DNA of 64,000 bases from Actinomycetes bacterium (GTDB lineage Bacteria > Actinomycetota > Actinomycetes > Mycobacteriales > SCTD01): contig JBKHYE010000123.1 of assembly GCA_046565705.1 (NCBI GenBank), positions 1,075 through 65,074 on the forward strand, in the 5' to 3' direction. Below, piece by piece: positions 38,501 to 50,500 of the stretch. A program made the translations under genes and the position numbers. A model generated the notes under the pieces. The model saw only the letters and a program-made list of their open reading frames with translations, searched no databases and was not told where the DNA came from. Each line of letters opens with the position of its first letter. Position 1 is the stretch's first letter.

Positions 38501-41500
38501 GCTGATGGCGGCACGGAACGACCAGCCGCCGCTGGAGACCTCGATCCGCAGCGATGCGTCGAAGTTGATCAGCTTGAGGACGTGCGCCTTGCCTCGCACG
38601 TCGAGGACGAACGTCTTGGCCGCGATGCCGATCCGGGTGGCGTTCGTGGTGTTGAGCAGCAGCTGGCCGCTCGCCTCGACACCGAAGACCCGGCCGTCGG
38701 CCTTGACCGAGACGAGGAGCTTCAGCGCGATGCCCTTGTCGTTGGGCTCGTTGACGATGGCCGCGCCGCCCTCGAGGCGGAACTCCAGGCCGACGTCGTC
38801 GGACCCGACGACGAACCGCACGCCGAACTGCATCTCGAACCCAGTCGAGCTGATCCTGATCTCGACGAAGCCGGTGCCGTTGATGAAGCCGATGAAGCGG
38901 ACCGAGCCGTCGATGCGCAGCAGGAAGCCGGGCTGCACCGTGCTGGTGCCGAAGGTCTGCGCCCGGCCCGTGGTGTTGAGCTCCAGTCGCACCGAACCGT
39001 CGAAGCCCAGGCCGACGCCACCGCCGAACCCGGCTGCCAGCTCCACCTGGACGCGAGCCACCAGGCCCTGCCCGTTGATGCGGAACCCGCTGTCGCGGAT
39101 GGTGAGCCGGCCGATCGGGTCGAGCGCCAGCTCGCCGTTCACGATGAGCTCGATGCCGGGGTTGCCGCCGGCCAGCTCGAGCCGGAACAGCACCGACCCC
39201 TGGATGCGCAGCTTCTCCGCGATGACGAGCAGGCCGCCCATCTCGAGCTTGAAGCCGCCGACCACCGAGAGCGTCTGCGTCGTCACGACGAGGTTGCCGG
39301 CCCCGTCCCGCTGGAAGCCGTCGAACACGACCAGGCCGGACGACAGCGTCTTGGTCCGCACGGCGAAGGTCTGGATCGTCTGCTGGGAGGCGAAGGTGTT
39401 CAGCTCCAGCAGGAACTGGCCGTTGAACACCACGCCCGGTATGCCACTGCTGGCGAGCGTGAGCTGCACGCGGCCGACGACGCCCGTACGCGCGCCGACG
39501 TACACGGCGAGGTTGACGACACCTGTCAGCGACCCGAGGAACGCGATGGTGGTGCCGACCGCGCCGTCGACCTTGAAGTAGGCCGTCCCGGTCGGGTCCA
39601 GCGCTGCGGTGATGCCGATGAAGCCGTTGAGGGTGAGCACGCCGCCGATCGACAGCTGCGCCTCGATCGTCGCCTTGACGTAGATCTCGCCGCCGGCCGG
39701 CGCGGACGGGTTCTTGTTGCCGTCGAGCCCCGGGGCTGCCGCGTAGATGACCAGCGTGCGCGGGTCGGTCGGGCGCAGCAGCGGCTCGAACGAGTCGGGC
39801 AGGGTGAACCGCTGCTCCCTCAGGGTGGTGTTGAGCATCAGCGTCACCTTGCCGGTGGCGCTGAACAGGTTGCCGACGCCGGGCAGCCCGATGCCGCCGC
39901 CCATCTCGATGGAGATGAAGCCGGCCACGCCGACGCCCGAGGGTCCGCCACCGGAGATGATCAGCAGGACGGTGCCCTTGCCGTAGGTGATGTAGGAGTC
40001 ACCCAGGCCGAAGCTGACCTCGGCGGTGGCGAATAGGGTGAACTTGGGCGTCGTCGCCGCCTCGATGGCGATGAAGAAGCCGCCCTGCAGGCGCACGAGG
40101 TCGTTCGCCGACCCCGGTGGCCGGATGCGCGCCAGGGCGACCAGCTCGACGCCGAAGCTGCGCGGCCCGAGGACGAAGTCGATCGTCTTGTCGCTGCCAC
40201 CAGGCCCGATGCCCTTGAGGGTGATGCGCTCGAGCTTGGTCTGGTTGGTGGTGTTTATCTGCAACGTGCCCTTCCCGTACAGGAACACGCCGTACGGCTC
40301 GAGCGCCGAGAAGTTGGTCTCGATGGTGGCGACGCCCCAGAACGACGGGATGAAGGAGATCCCGCTCGGGGTCCCGAGGTCGAGCACGAACCGGCCGGCG
40401 GTGGACCCGACCGTGCCGAGCTTGATGATCTTCAGCTGGCCGGAGAACGTCAGCGTGAACAGCTTGCGCGCCGTGTCGATCTCGAGGGTGACGTTGGCCG
40501 ACAGGTCGAGCAGGGGCTCGTCGAGCAGGTCGGCGGCCTGCAGCAGGATGCCGCCGGACAGCTCGATGTAGAACGACGTGCCCTGGGTGACCAGGGCGAA
40601 TGACTGCGTCGACGCGGCGCTGCCGTTGCCGTCGCTGTCGGCCCAGCCGGCGGTGTCGCTTCCGACGGTTCCGGCGAACGCGCGGAAGGAGACCGTCACG
40701 GTGCCTGCCGTCAGCGAGCCGCCGCCGGTGAACATGTACCGGTAGACGCCGTCACCGCGGGCCGCCACGTCGGCGTAGGCCAGCGACGCGCTGCCGGCAC
40801 CCGAGAAGCTCAGCTCGTTTCCGTCGAGGGTGCGCTCGTCGACCGTGCTGCCGCGCACCGGTGTGAGGGCGACGTCCAGCCACGTCCGGCCGGCGAGGGC
40901 GCTGCCCGTGAGCACCGCTCCGGTGCCGCTCTCGGACGACGCCTTGGCCGCTGCCGACGCGAACAGCGCTGCGGTCCAGGCGTCCCCGGAGGTGTTGGCC
41001 CAGCCGCCGTCCACGAACCCGAGGGTCAGGTCGCCGCCGTTGTGACCGGCGAAGTAGTAGCGGTAGGTCCAGCCGGACGCCGTGGCCGAGACCAGTGCCG
41101 GCGCGCCGTCCACCGTCAGCGCGGTCTCGCCCTCCTTGAGGGTGATCTCGGCACCGCCGTCGAGAATGGTGTCGAGGTCGAGATCGACCGGCGTGTTGAC
41201 GTAGACACCTGGTGAGGTCTCGGACCGGCCGAACTGGGTGAAGGTGACGTCGACCCAGCCGCGGCCCTTCACGTCCTTGACGTCGAGCCGGCCGCCGTTG
41301 CTCGGGTCGACGAGGCTGCCGGCCGGCGTCTCGACGTAGAAGATCTCGGTCTCGGCCTGGTTCGGCGTGCCCTCCACGTCGCGGAAGCTGCCGCCGACGA
41401 AGGTGATCGAGTAGGCGCCGCCGGCGAGGGTCGCCGTGAACCCGTAGCGGTAGACGTCGCTGACGCCGACCCGCACCGGGGCGGACAGGGCGACCAGCGC

Positions 41501-44500
41501 TCCGCTCGCGTCGCGCAGCTGCACCTCGTCGCCGTTGATGCTGCCGTGGTCGACCGCTGCGCCGCCGGCGCCGCGGAAACGCACCTCCACGTAGCGCTGG
41601 GCGTTGAGCTTGTCGCGGCCGATCGCGGCACCGGCGAGCCCGGTGAGCTGCGGCTGGCCGCTGGTGTCGAGGACGGTGCGGACCGCGTCCGCGGTCGCGC
41701 CCTCGACGGTGAAGCGCAGGACCTGCTCCAGGTTGTCGAAGGTCAGGCTCGGCGCCGGTGGGTCGCGCGCGCTGGTCTCGCCGACGGCGTTGTCCTGCAG
41801 CGTCACGGTGATCTCGCCGGGCCGCACCTCGTTGTGCAGGAAGAACCGCCAGGTGCTGTTGCCGAGCGGCTGCGGGCCGTTGCCGTTGCCGAGCACCAGC
41901 ACGCCGGCGCCGCCGAACCCGCCGATGGAGATGTCGGTCGCCGAGATGGTGCTCGGGTTGATGGCGTTCCCGGTCGTGGGGGTGAAGGCGATGTCGAGGA
42001 AGGTGCGGTTGTTGCCGAGGTTCGCCGCGGCGGCCGACGCCGACATCGGAGCCAGGTCGAGGTAGCTGAGGGTGCCGGCCTTGAAGGTGACTGTCACGGT
42101 CGTCGCGGAGCTGCCGACGGTGTCGAAGGTGACCGGGACGGCGAACTCGTCGTAGAAGGTCGTCTCGTCCGTGACGGAGTCGGTCACGGACACCACGCCG
42201 ACGTAGGTGATCGGCCGGATCTCGTCCCAGGTCACGACCCAGCCGTTCGTGGCGGTGAACTGCACGCCGGGGCTGGATGTCGCGGTGTTCTGGTCGACGA
42301 ACTGCGCGCGCTGGGTGATCGAGGCGGGGTCGACCCGGCTGCTGCTGGTGCGCTCGAACCGGATCCGCACCTCGCCCGCGGTCGACGTGGTGGGGATCGA
42401 CTCGGAGGCCTTCGCCGTCGTCCCGGACGGCAGGTACGACCACGTCTCGGGCAGGAAGGTGGCGGTGACCGACCCCTCGCTCACCGAGGCGAAGGCGCCC
42501 GTCACGAAGTAGCGGAAGGTGGTTCCGGTCGGGGCCAGCCGGACCGGCGCGCGTGACGGGTCGAGTTGGACGGTGCCGAGCCCCGGCCCGCCCAGGGTGA
42601 GCTCCGCCGCCAGGTCCGTGACCGACGCGACGTCGAGGTCCGCGGCGGTCTTGCCTGCGGCCAGCGGGAGGGTCACGTCCAGCCAGTTGCGGCTGTTGAT
42701 CTCGCGCACGTCGATGCCGCCGAGCGGCACGGGGTCGATCGTCGAGCCGGTGATCCCCACGATCGTGACGTCGACGGAGAAGGCCGCGTTGGTGGCGCCG
42801 GGCGTCGAGCCGGTGCCGGTCCTGAGATCGGCGTTCTTGAACGTGCCGGCGCCGAACGACAGCCGGACGCGGCCGAGGGGCAGCAGCGTCGCGGTGTCCG
42901 CGAAGGCGTACCGGTAGCGCGTGATGCCCTCGCTCTTGATCGCGGCCACCAGCATGTCGACGTCGGTCGGGTTCGTCCCGACGTCCTTGCCGCGGATGAC
43001 GATCACGCGGATGCAGGGGTTCTCCGCTGCCGGCGTCGCGGACCAGGTGCAGTCGGCCTGGGTCCCTGAGGTGGGCCGCTCGTCCCGGTAGGTGTAGAAG
43101 ACGATCTTCTCGCCGTTGTCGGTGCCGACCTGGAGCTTGGCGAAGACGACGCCGCCGGCCACCACGACGGTGACGATGGCGTCGGGTCGGGTCGTGGCGA
43201 GGGCCCGGCTCGTCCCCGTCGCGGTCGGCGTGCGGGCGCCGACGGTGACGGTGAACGGCGCGCTCGTGCGGGTGAGCAGGTGCCGCGCGTCGATGGTCGC
43301 GCCCGTGGCCGGCAGGAACACCACGTCGACGTGCCGGCCGGACAGGTTGGCCGCCGCCGCGTCGACAGTGCCGCCGGCGAAGCCCGGGCCGACGACGGTC
43401 GCGGTCGGCGCCGTGCTCGTGCCGGTGGCGGTCGGGACCGGTGGGGCGTCGGTGGCCAGCGGGTTGCCGCTGGAGTCGCGGAACCCCATCTTCAGCTTGC
43501 CGTAGATGGTCAGCAGCCGGAACTGGTCGGGGATGTCGGCGAGGAACAGGATCGTCACCGCGCCGCTACTCACCTTGGACAGGTCGGCGTAGAGGCGGGC
43601 GCTCATCGACAGGTTGTCGTTGGCGAAGTTGAGCTTGCCGACGATGAGGAACTTCCCGTCGGTGGAGATCTTGATGACGATCTGCCCGTTGAACACCGCC
43701 TGCGACGTGTAGATCGAGTACAGCTTCGCCGAGCCGGTGATGACCATCGGCGAGGTGAACGCCGCGAGGAAGGCCTCCCCTGGGCTCTTGCCGGCGGTGG
43801 CCTTGGCCTGCTTGGCCACCTGCTGCTGCAGCGACGCCAGCCACTGGTCGGCGGAGATGGCGGTCGGCAGGCCGAAGTCGGGACCGCGCAGCGCCATCGG
43901 GTCGTCGATGGACGGCAGCGACTTGAAGAACTCCACGCCGGCGACGAAGTCGTTGATGGTCAGGCCGGTGTTCGGCTCGAGCAGGATGCCGCCCGGCACG
44001 TTGACGTTGATGAGCACCTGCAGCGGGCCGAGCTCGGACAGGCCCACCCGGATGCCGAAGCCGGCCATGCCGGCGATGGTGAACGAGCCCTGGATGCCGA
44101 CGTAGAACACCCGCTGCGCGACCGGCGTCGTCTCGTCGAACACGCCGATGATGTTGTAGCTGCTGTCGAGCTTGAGGATGCCGCCGACCAGGCCGGCCTC
44201 GATCTTGCCGCCGAACAGGTCGCCCTTCACGGTGACGCCGAGGGCGTCGATGCCGATGATCGGGAACTTGCCCTGCGCGAGCAGCGCCGGCGCGATGCGG
44301 ATGCCCTGGACCGAGCCGCTGATCTCCAGCCCCGGGATGCCCTTGATGCCGGTGACGCTCGCGGACAGGATCAGGACGAAGTCACCGGGGTCGCTCTCGA
44401 GGTCGCGCCAGGTGATGCCGATCGCGTCGATCCGCACCGGCAGGAACGACGGCCACTTGAACGAGTCGCCGCTCGCGGCACCGACGGCGATGAACACGCC

Positions 44501-47500
44501 GAAGCCGGGCGCCGTCCGGAACGAGCCGTCACCGCGGATCGCGAAGTTGCGGCCCTCGCCGGTGAGCTCGAGCCCGGCGATGGTGACCCTGGCCGCAATC
44601 GAGCCGAAGTAGATGAGGTCGCTGCGCGTGCCGGCCGCTCCGGTGTCGAGCCGCACCGCGCGCGCCGTGAGCGTGACGAAGCTGCCCAGCCGAACCTCGA
44701 GGGTGTCGACGTCGATGAGCAGCGCCTGCACGACCCCGCGATCGAAGACGAGGGTGATGCGGAACGCCTCGTCGTCCGGGTCGTCGGCCGTCTTGCGGTC
44801 GGTGAGGCTCGCACCGAACGCCCGGCCCGGGAACAGCGACGCGCCACCGGTCGCCAGGTAGATGCTGCCGGTGAAGGCCGCGTCGGTGCCGCCGAAGGTG
44901 ACCGTCAGGCCCTGCACGCCGATGCGGATGTCGTCGAGCTCGAGGATGCCACCGAAGGTGATCTTCGGATCGGACGTCGCCGTCTGCAGCGCGTTCGGGT
45001 GGGTGCTCGGCAGGCCGTAGGCCAGCTCCGCCGTGCCCAGGGTGAAGCCGTTGCCGCGGACGACGAGGCCGGGCAGCAGCGTGGACCCCGCCGCCGTGGC
45101 GTCGCACCCGGCGGTCTCGCCGGGGTTGCAGTTGGTCTGCGTGGCCGGGTTGAACGGCTTGAGGCTGCCCGTGATGTTGAACCGCGGGAACGTGATCGTC
45201 GCGGTGTTGATGCGCAGGAGCTCCTGCGTGATCGGACCCTTCGGGTCGTAGCCCATCGAGATGCCGGTCGCCCGCACCTCGACGACGTTCGGGACGACGA
45301 CCTCGAGGCCGCCGATGACCAGGCTCCACTTGCCCGTGGGCTGCACCCGGACGTTGCCCGACAGCAGCCCGAGGACGTCGACCGCCAGGTCGAACGTGCC
45401 GAGGATGCCGGTGAGGTCCGCCGTGATGGCGCTGCCGGACTGCGACGTCGCGCCGGCCGCGCCGCCGAACGCCAGGCTGGCACGGTCCATGCTGATCGCG
45501 ATCGTGAGCACGACCATGCCGTCGGCGAAGCCGAAGTCGGCGATGCCGACGCTGGGGTTCACCAGGCTGAGCGGCCCGAGCACGGTCGTGCCGGGTGCGG
45601 TGGTGGCCCCGGGCGCGGCCGGGTCGACCGTGAACGTCTGGGTCAGCCCGGTCTCGTTCCAGATCGGGACGGACGGCGTCCCGCTGCGCCAGCCGTTCGC
45701 GACGAAGGTCACGGTGACCTGACCGGCGCTGAACAGCCCGACGGCGTTGTTCGGGTTGGTGTCCCGCAGGAAGTACCGGAGCGTCACCCGGGTGGCCGTG
45801 AGCTCTCGGCCGGCGATGATCAGCGGGGCTCCGACGATGAGCGGCCGCTGGCTCGCCGTGTCCTTCGCGAGATCCGCGGTGACGGCGCCGCTGAACACGA
45901 AGGGCGCCTGCGTCTGGCTGAGCAGGTGGTCCTTGTCGATGGCCGACCCGTCGTTGCTGACGAAGGTGACGTCGAGGTACCGCTGGCCGTTCAGCACGGT
46001 GGCGGTGACGGACGTGCCCGCGGAGGGGCTCGCGAGCACCGCCGTCGGCTTCGGCTTCGAGCCGGCACCGGTCCATGCCGAGACCAGGAAGATCAGCTGC
46101 TCGTCGGCGGCGTTCGTCGCCCCGATCTCGTCGCTGAACGAACCCGGCAGGAACTTCACGGTCAGCACGCCGGTGCCGGTCGGCGCGGCGCCGGTGAAGG
46201 TGTACAGCCAGGTGTTCGGCTTGCCGGCCACCGGAGTCGGGATGCCCGTCACGGCGTACTGCGTGCTGCCGAGCCAGACCTCGATCTCGGCGGCGGTGTC
46301 GGTGATGGTCTCCGGCCGGATGCGCTCGTTGTTGACCGGGTTGACGACGACCTCGATGCCGCCGGCCAGCTTGCTCGCCACGATCGCCGCCCGGTTCAGC
46401 GGGCGCCGGACGGGGGGCTTGGTGGTGTCGGTGACGTCGTCGAGCCAGGTGCCCAGGTCGGCGGTGAGGAACAGCCTGGGCTTGGTCGTGGATGCCGACA
46501 GGGCCGTGTCGGTGCTCGGGAAGATCTCGAAACCGTCCACCCGGAAGGTCTGCAGCCGGAAGCCGGTGACCGGCGAGATGGTGAAGGTGCCGTATCCGGC
46601 GAGCTTGACGACGGTGGTGCCGTCCACCTTCACCGCGACCGCCGCCGGCGCCAGCGCGATGTCGAGCGTGCCGTCCGGCTTGCGCCGCAGCGACATCGTG
46701 CCGGACAGGGTGAACACGTTCGCGACGGAGATGACCACGTCGGTGGCCTCGAAGCGGAAGTGGTCCGGCTCGATGGCACCGGCCAGGCTCGGTCCGCCCG
46801 GCATGCTCACGCCCGGCAGCTGGCCGGGCCCGGTGCCCATGGCCACCGTGCTCCCGGTGGTGTTGACCTGGAAGCCCACCTTGCCGGACACGACCAGGCC
46901 GGGCAGCCCGAGCAGGCGCAGCTCACCCACGACGCGGATGGCGAAGCCGCTCGTCGTCCCCTGCAGGAACTCCACGGTCGCGTTGGTGACGAGCACGCCG
47001 ATGGCGTCGGGGTGGTCCGCCCCGGTCGTGGCGTTGCGTGACGGTCCACGCCCGATGAAGATCTCGAGGTTCGTGCCGGTGAACCGGCCGCCCGCGATGC
47101 GGAAGTCACCGCGGATCTCGAGGAAGTCGCCGAAGTCGAACTCGAGATCCTGCAGCTCGAAGACGTACTTCTGGGTGCCGGTCATGGCCGGGATGTCGAC
47201 GGCCACCGTCGTCCCGGCGACGTCGATGGACTCCTGGACCCGTCGGCTGGTCGGGCCGGTGGTGTTGAACTGGACGACGATCGTGCCGCCGGCCGAGAAC
47301 AGCCCCGGGATGGTGATGTCGGCCCGGCCGCCGAGCTGGCCGGCGACGCCGTCAGATGCGATGACGATGGTGCCGAAGCCACCGGTCAGGCCGGGGATGC
47401 TCTGCCCGCTGTTGCCGGTGATGGCGGCGTTGGTGAACGCGATGATCGTGATCTCGCGCGGCGTCCCCGGAGATCCGCCGGTGGTCGGCGTCGACATCCG

Positions 47501-50500
47501 CCGCTCGATGGCCACGTTGGCGCTGACGGTGAGCCCGCCGAGCGTGAGCGACGCGCCGGTGAGCGACACGCGGAAGAACGGGCCGGCCGGCAGCACGACG
47601 GGCACCCCGGCGACGGTCTCGTTCACCGCGACGCGGGTGTTGTTGACCTGGATCTGGGCGACACCGACGGAGAACCCGGTGTTCCCGCCGAGGAGGTTCC
47701 GGAGACCATCCGTGACGGCGACGGCGCCGGAGAACGTGCCGGCGACGCCTCCGGGGAGCAGCAGGACCACGGCCGAACCGTTGGTCAGGCGCACGCCCAC
47801 GTCGTCGCTCTGGTCGACGGTGCCCTTGTCGTCGCCGAGGAACAGCTCGACGTCGAACAGGCCGATCCGCACGGCCTTGGTACCGGCTGCCGTCGTGACC
47901 TGCTCGAAGAAGACGACCGCCTGCAGCGACTGGCCGAACACGCTCATCGAGACCCGGCTGAGGGCGATGCTGTTCGCGGGGTCGGCACGGGTGCCGGCCT
48001 GGACGCGCAGGTACGGCGAGCCCGGTCCGGGCACCGTGCTGAACGCGACCTTGACCGTCGGGACGGTCAGCTCGAAGGCGTCGCCCAGCGCGAGGTCCAG
48101 CCCGAACGACGCGTTGACCTCGCCGGTGACGCCGTTGTCGGCCACGACGAGGAAGCCGCTGGTGATGGTGAGGTTCACCAGGTTGCTCGAGCCGTTGCCG
48201 AGGCTGAAGGTCACGTTCGAGAGCGTCAGCTGCAAGGTGCCGTCGCCCTGCTTGGCGAAGGTGAACGAGCCGCGCAGCTCGACGGCGGCGATGCGCAGCC
48301 GCACGTCGGTGCCGGCGATCCGGAAGGTCGGCGTCCCGGAGACGCTCGTGCGGGTGTTCAGCGACACCTCGAAGCCGCCGGTGACGGTGACACCCGGGAT
48401 GTCCACGCCGATCGTCGCGGCCAGCGTGCCGACCACCCCGTCGGCGTGCAGGGTGAACTGCCCGTGGCCGTTGCTGACCGTGACCACGTCGCGGGTCGCC
48501 GACCCGAGCCGCAGGCCGACGTTCGCGAACCGCAGCCGGGTCTCCACGACGTCGTCGCCGCCGGCGAGCGCCCCGTCGGCGCCGAGCGAGGTGGTGATGC
48601 GCTCGACCGTGACGTCACCGGTGAGGCGCTGGCCGGCGATCGCGACGACCAGCCCGGTCACCGAGACCTTCACGTACTGGTTCCCGGGCAGGACGAGCGT
48701 GGACGTCACCCCGTCGAGCACGAAGGTCTCGTTCACCGCGACCGGGACGAGCTTGCCGGCGACCGTGCGGCGCATGTCGTTGAACTCGACGGCGACCGTC
48801 GCGGACAGGGCGCCGCCGGCCGGGTTCGAGAACCCGGGTACCACGAGCGTCGCGGTGCCGGACAGCCGGCCCGCCACGCCGTCGGGCGTGATGACCAACC
48901 GGGCCGACCCGTTCGAGAGGGTGAAGCCGACGCCGCCACCGGGGCCGAGGTACAGGCCCGCGCGCTCGATGGCGATCCGCACGACGGAGACGTCGTCGGT
49001 GGTGTTCGTGACGCCGTCCGGCCCGGCCGAGCGCACCTGCTCGAAGGCGTAGACGCCGCTGAGGGTCTGGCCGAAGGCGGTGAGCCGGGCGAGCTTGAGC
49101 CCGCCGGTGTCGCTCGGGTCGTAGACGCCGACCTGCAGGCGCAGGAAGCGCCCGGCCGGCAGCGTCGCACCACCGACGGCGACCTGCGCGGGCGTGGTGT
49201 TGAGCTGCAGCTTCACCCCGGCCGGGTCCGAGCCGGTCGTCAGCGTGAGCACGCCGGGGAAGCCCACCAGCGTGACGGCGGCGCTGAGGTTGGCCGCCAC
49301 GCCGGCCGGCGTCAGCAGCACCTCGCCGTTGACGGTCGTGATGGATAGGCCGGCTGTCGTCGTGCCGAGGGTCAGCGCCGCGTTGGTGACGGTGATCTTC
49401 GTCGTCCGCGCGTTGTTGGCCGGGTCGACGGTCTGGGTGACGGCGAAGCCGCCGGACAGCCGCTGGCCGGCGATCTCGAGGACGACGCCGGTGCCGCTGA
49501 TCGCCAGGTGCTTGGCGGCCATCGTCGGGATGACGACGTTCCCTCCGCCGACGACGATCGTCCGGCCCGTGAAGGTCGTGGTGGTCCCGGTGTTGACCTC
49601 GACCCGGAAGGTGCCCTCCAGCACCACCCCTGGGACGTGCACGGCGACGGTCCCGCCGAAGACGCCGGACACGCCGGTGGCCACCGAGCTGGTCACGACG
49701 AAGGCGCCGGCGCCGTTCGTGACGCTGACCAGGTCGGTCGTCCCGGTGCCGATGCGCAGGGTGATGTTGCGCAGGCCGAGGACCGTCTCGTACGGGCCGG
49801 TGCCGATCCGCTCGAAGCTGACGTCGCCGGACAGGGTCTGGCCGAGCAGCGAGAGCGTGATGCCGAGGCCCTCAACCCGGACGTAGGTGCCCGCGACCAG
49901 GTCCAGGGCGACGGTCGCGGCGCCGATCGACACCGTCTGCACGATGCGCTGGCCGGTCTGGTTCACCGTGAGGCGGAACGTGCCGGCGACGACGACGTCC
50001 GCGGGCAGCAGGCCCGCTGTCGACAACGTGCCGGAAACGGTCCCGGCCGGTCCGGCGCTGCTCAGCACCACGACGCCGGTGACGTTGCCCAGCACCGTCA
50101 GGGTGCCGAACCGCAGGGTGCCGCCGGTGATGGCGAGGACCGTGCGGGTCTCGCCGCCGCTGGTGGCGCGCTCGAAGCTGAGCCCGCCGGTGAGGGTGAT
50201 GTCGCCGCCACCGATGGTGACCTCGAGGTTGGCGCCGGTGACCTTGAGGTACGGGCCGCCCGGCAGGCGGGTGCCGTTGGCAAGGGTCACGGGGACCGCG
50301 CCGTTGTTCACCTGGACCGTCAGCGTGCCGGAGACCGCGAACCCCGGCGCCGAGATGCTGCCCACCACGGTGAGCTCGCCGGCCAGGCCGGTGCTGCCCA
50401 CCTGCAGCGCGCCGCTGAGCGTCAACGAGCCCAGCCCGCCACCGAGGGCCAGGGTGGCCCCGGTGACGGTCACGGTGACCAGCCGCGAGCCGTCGGTCTG

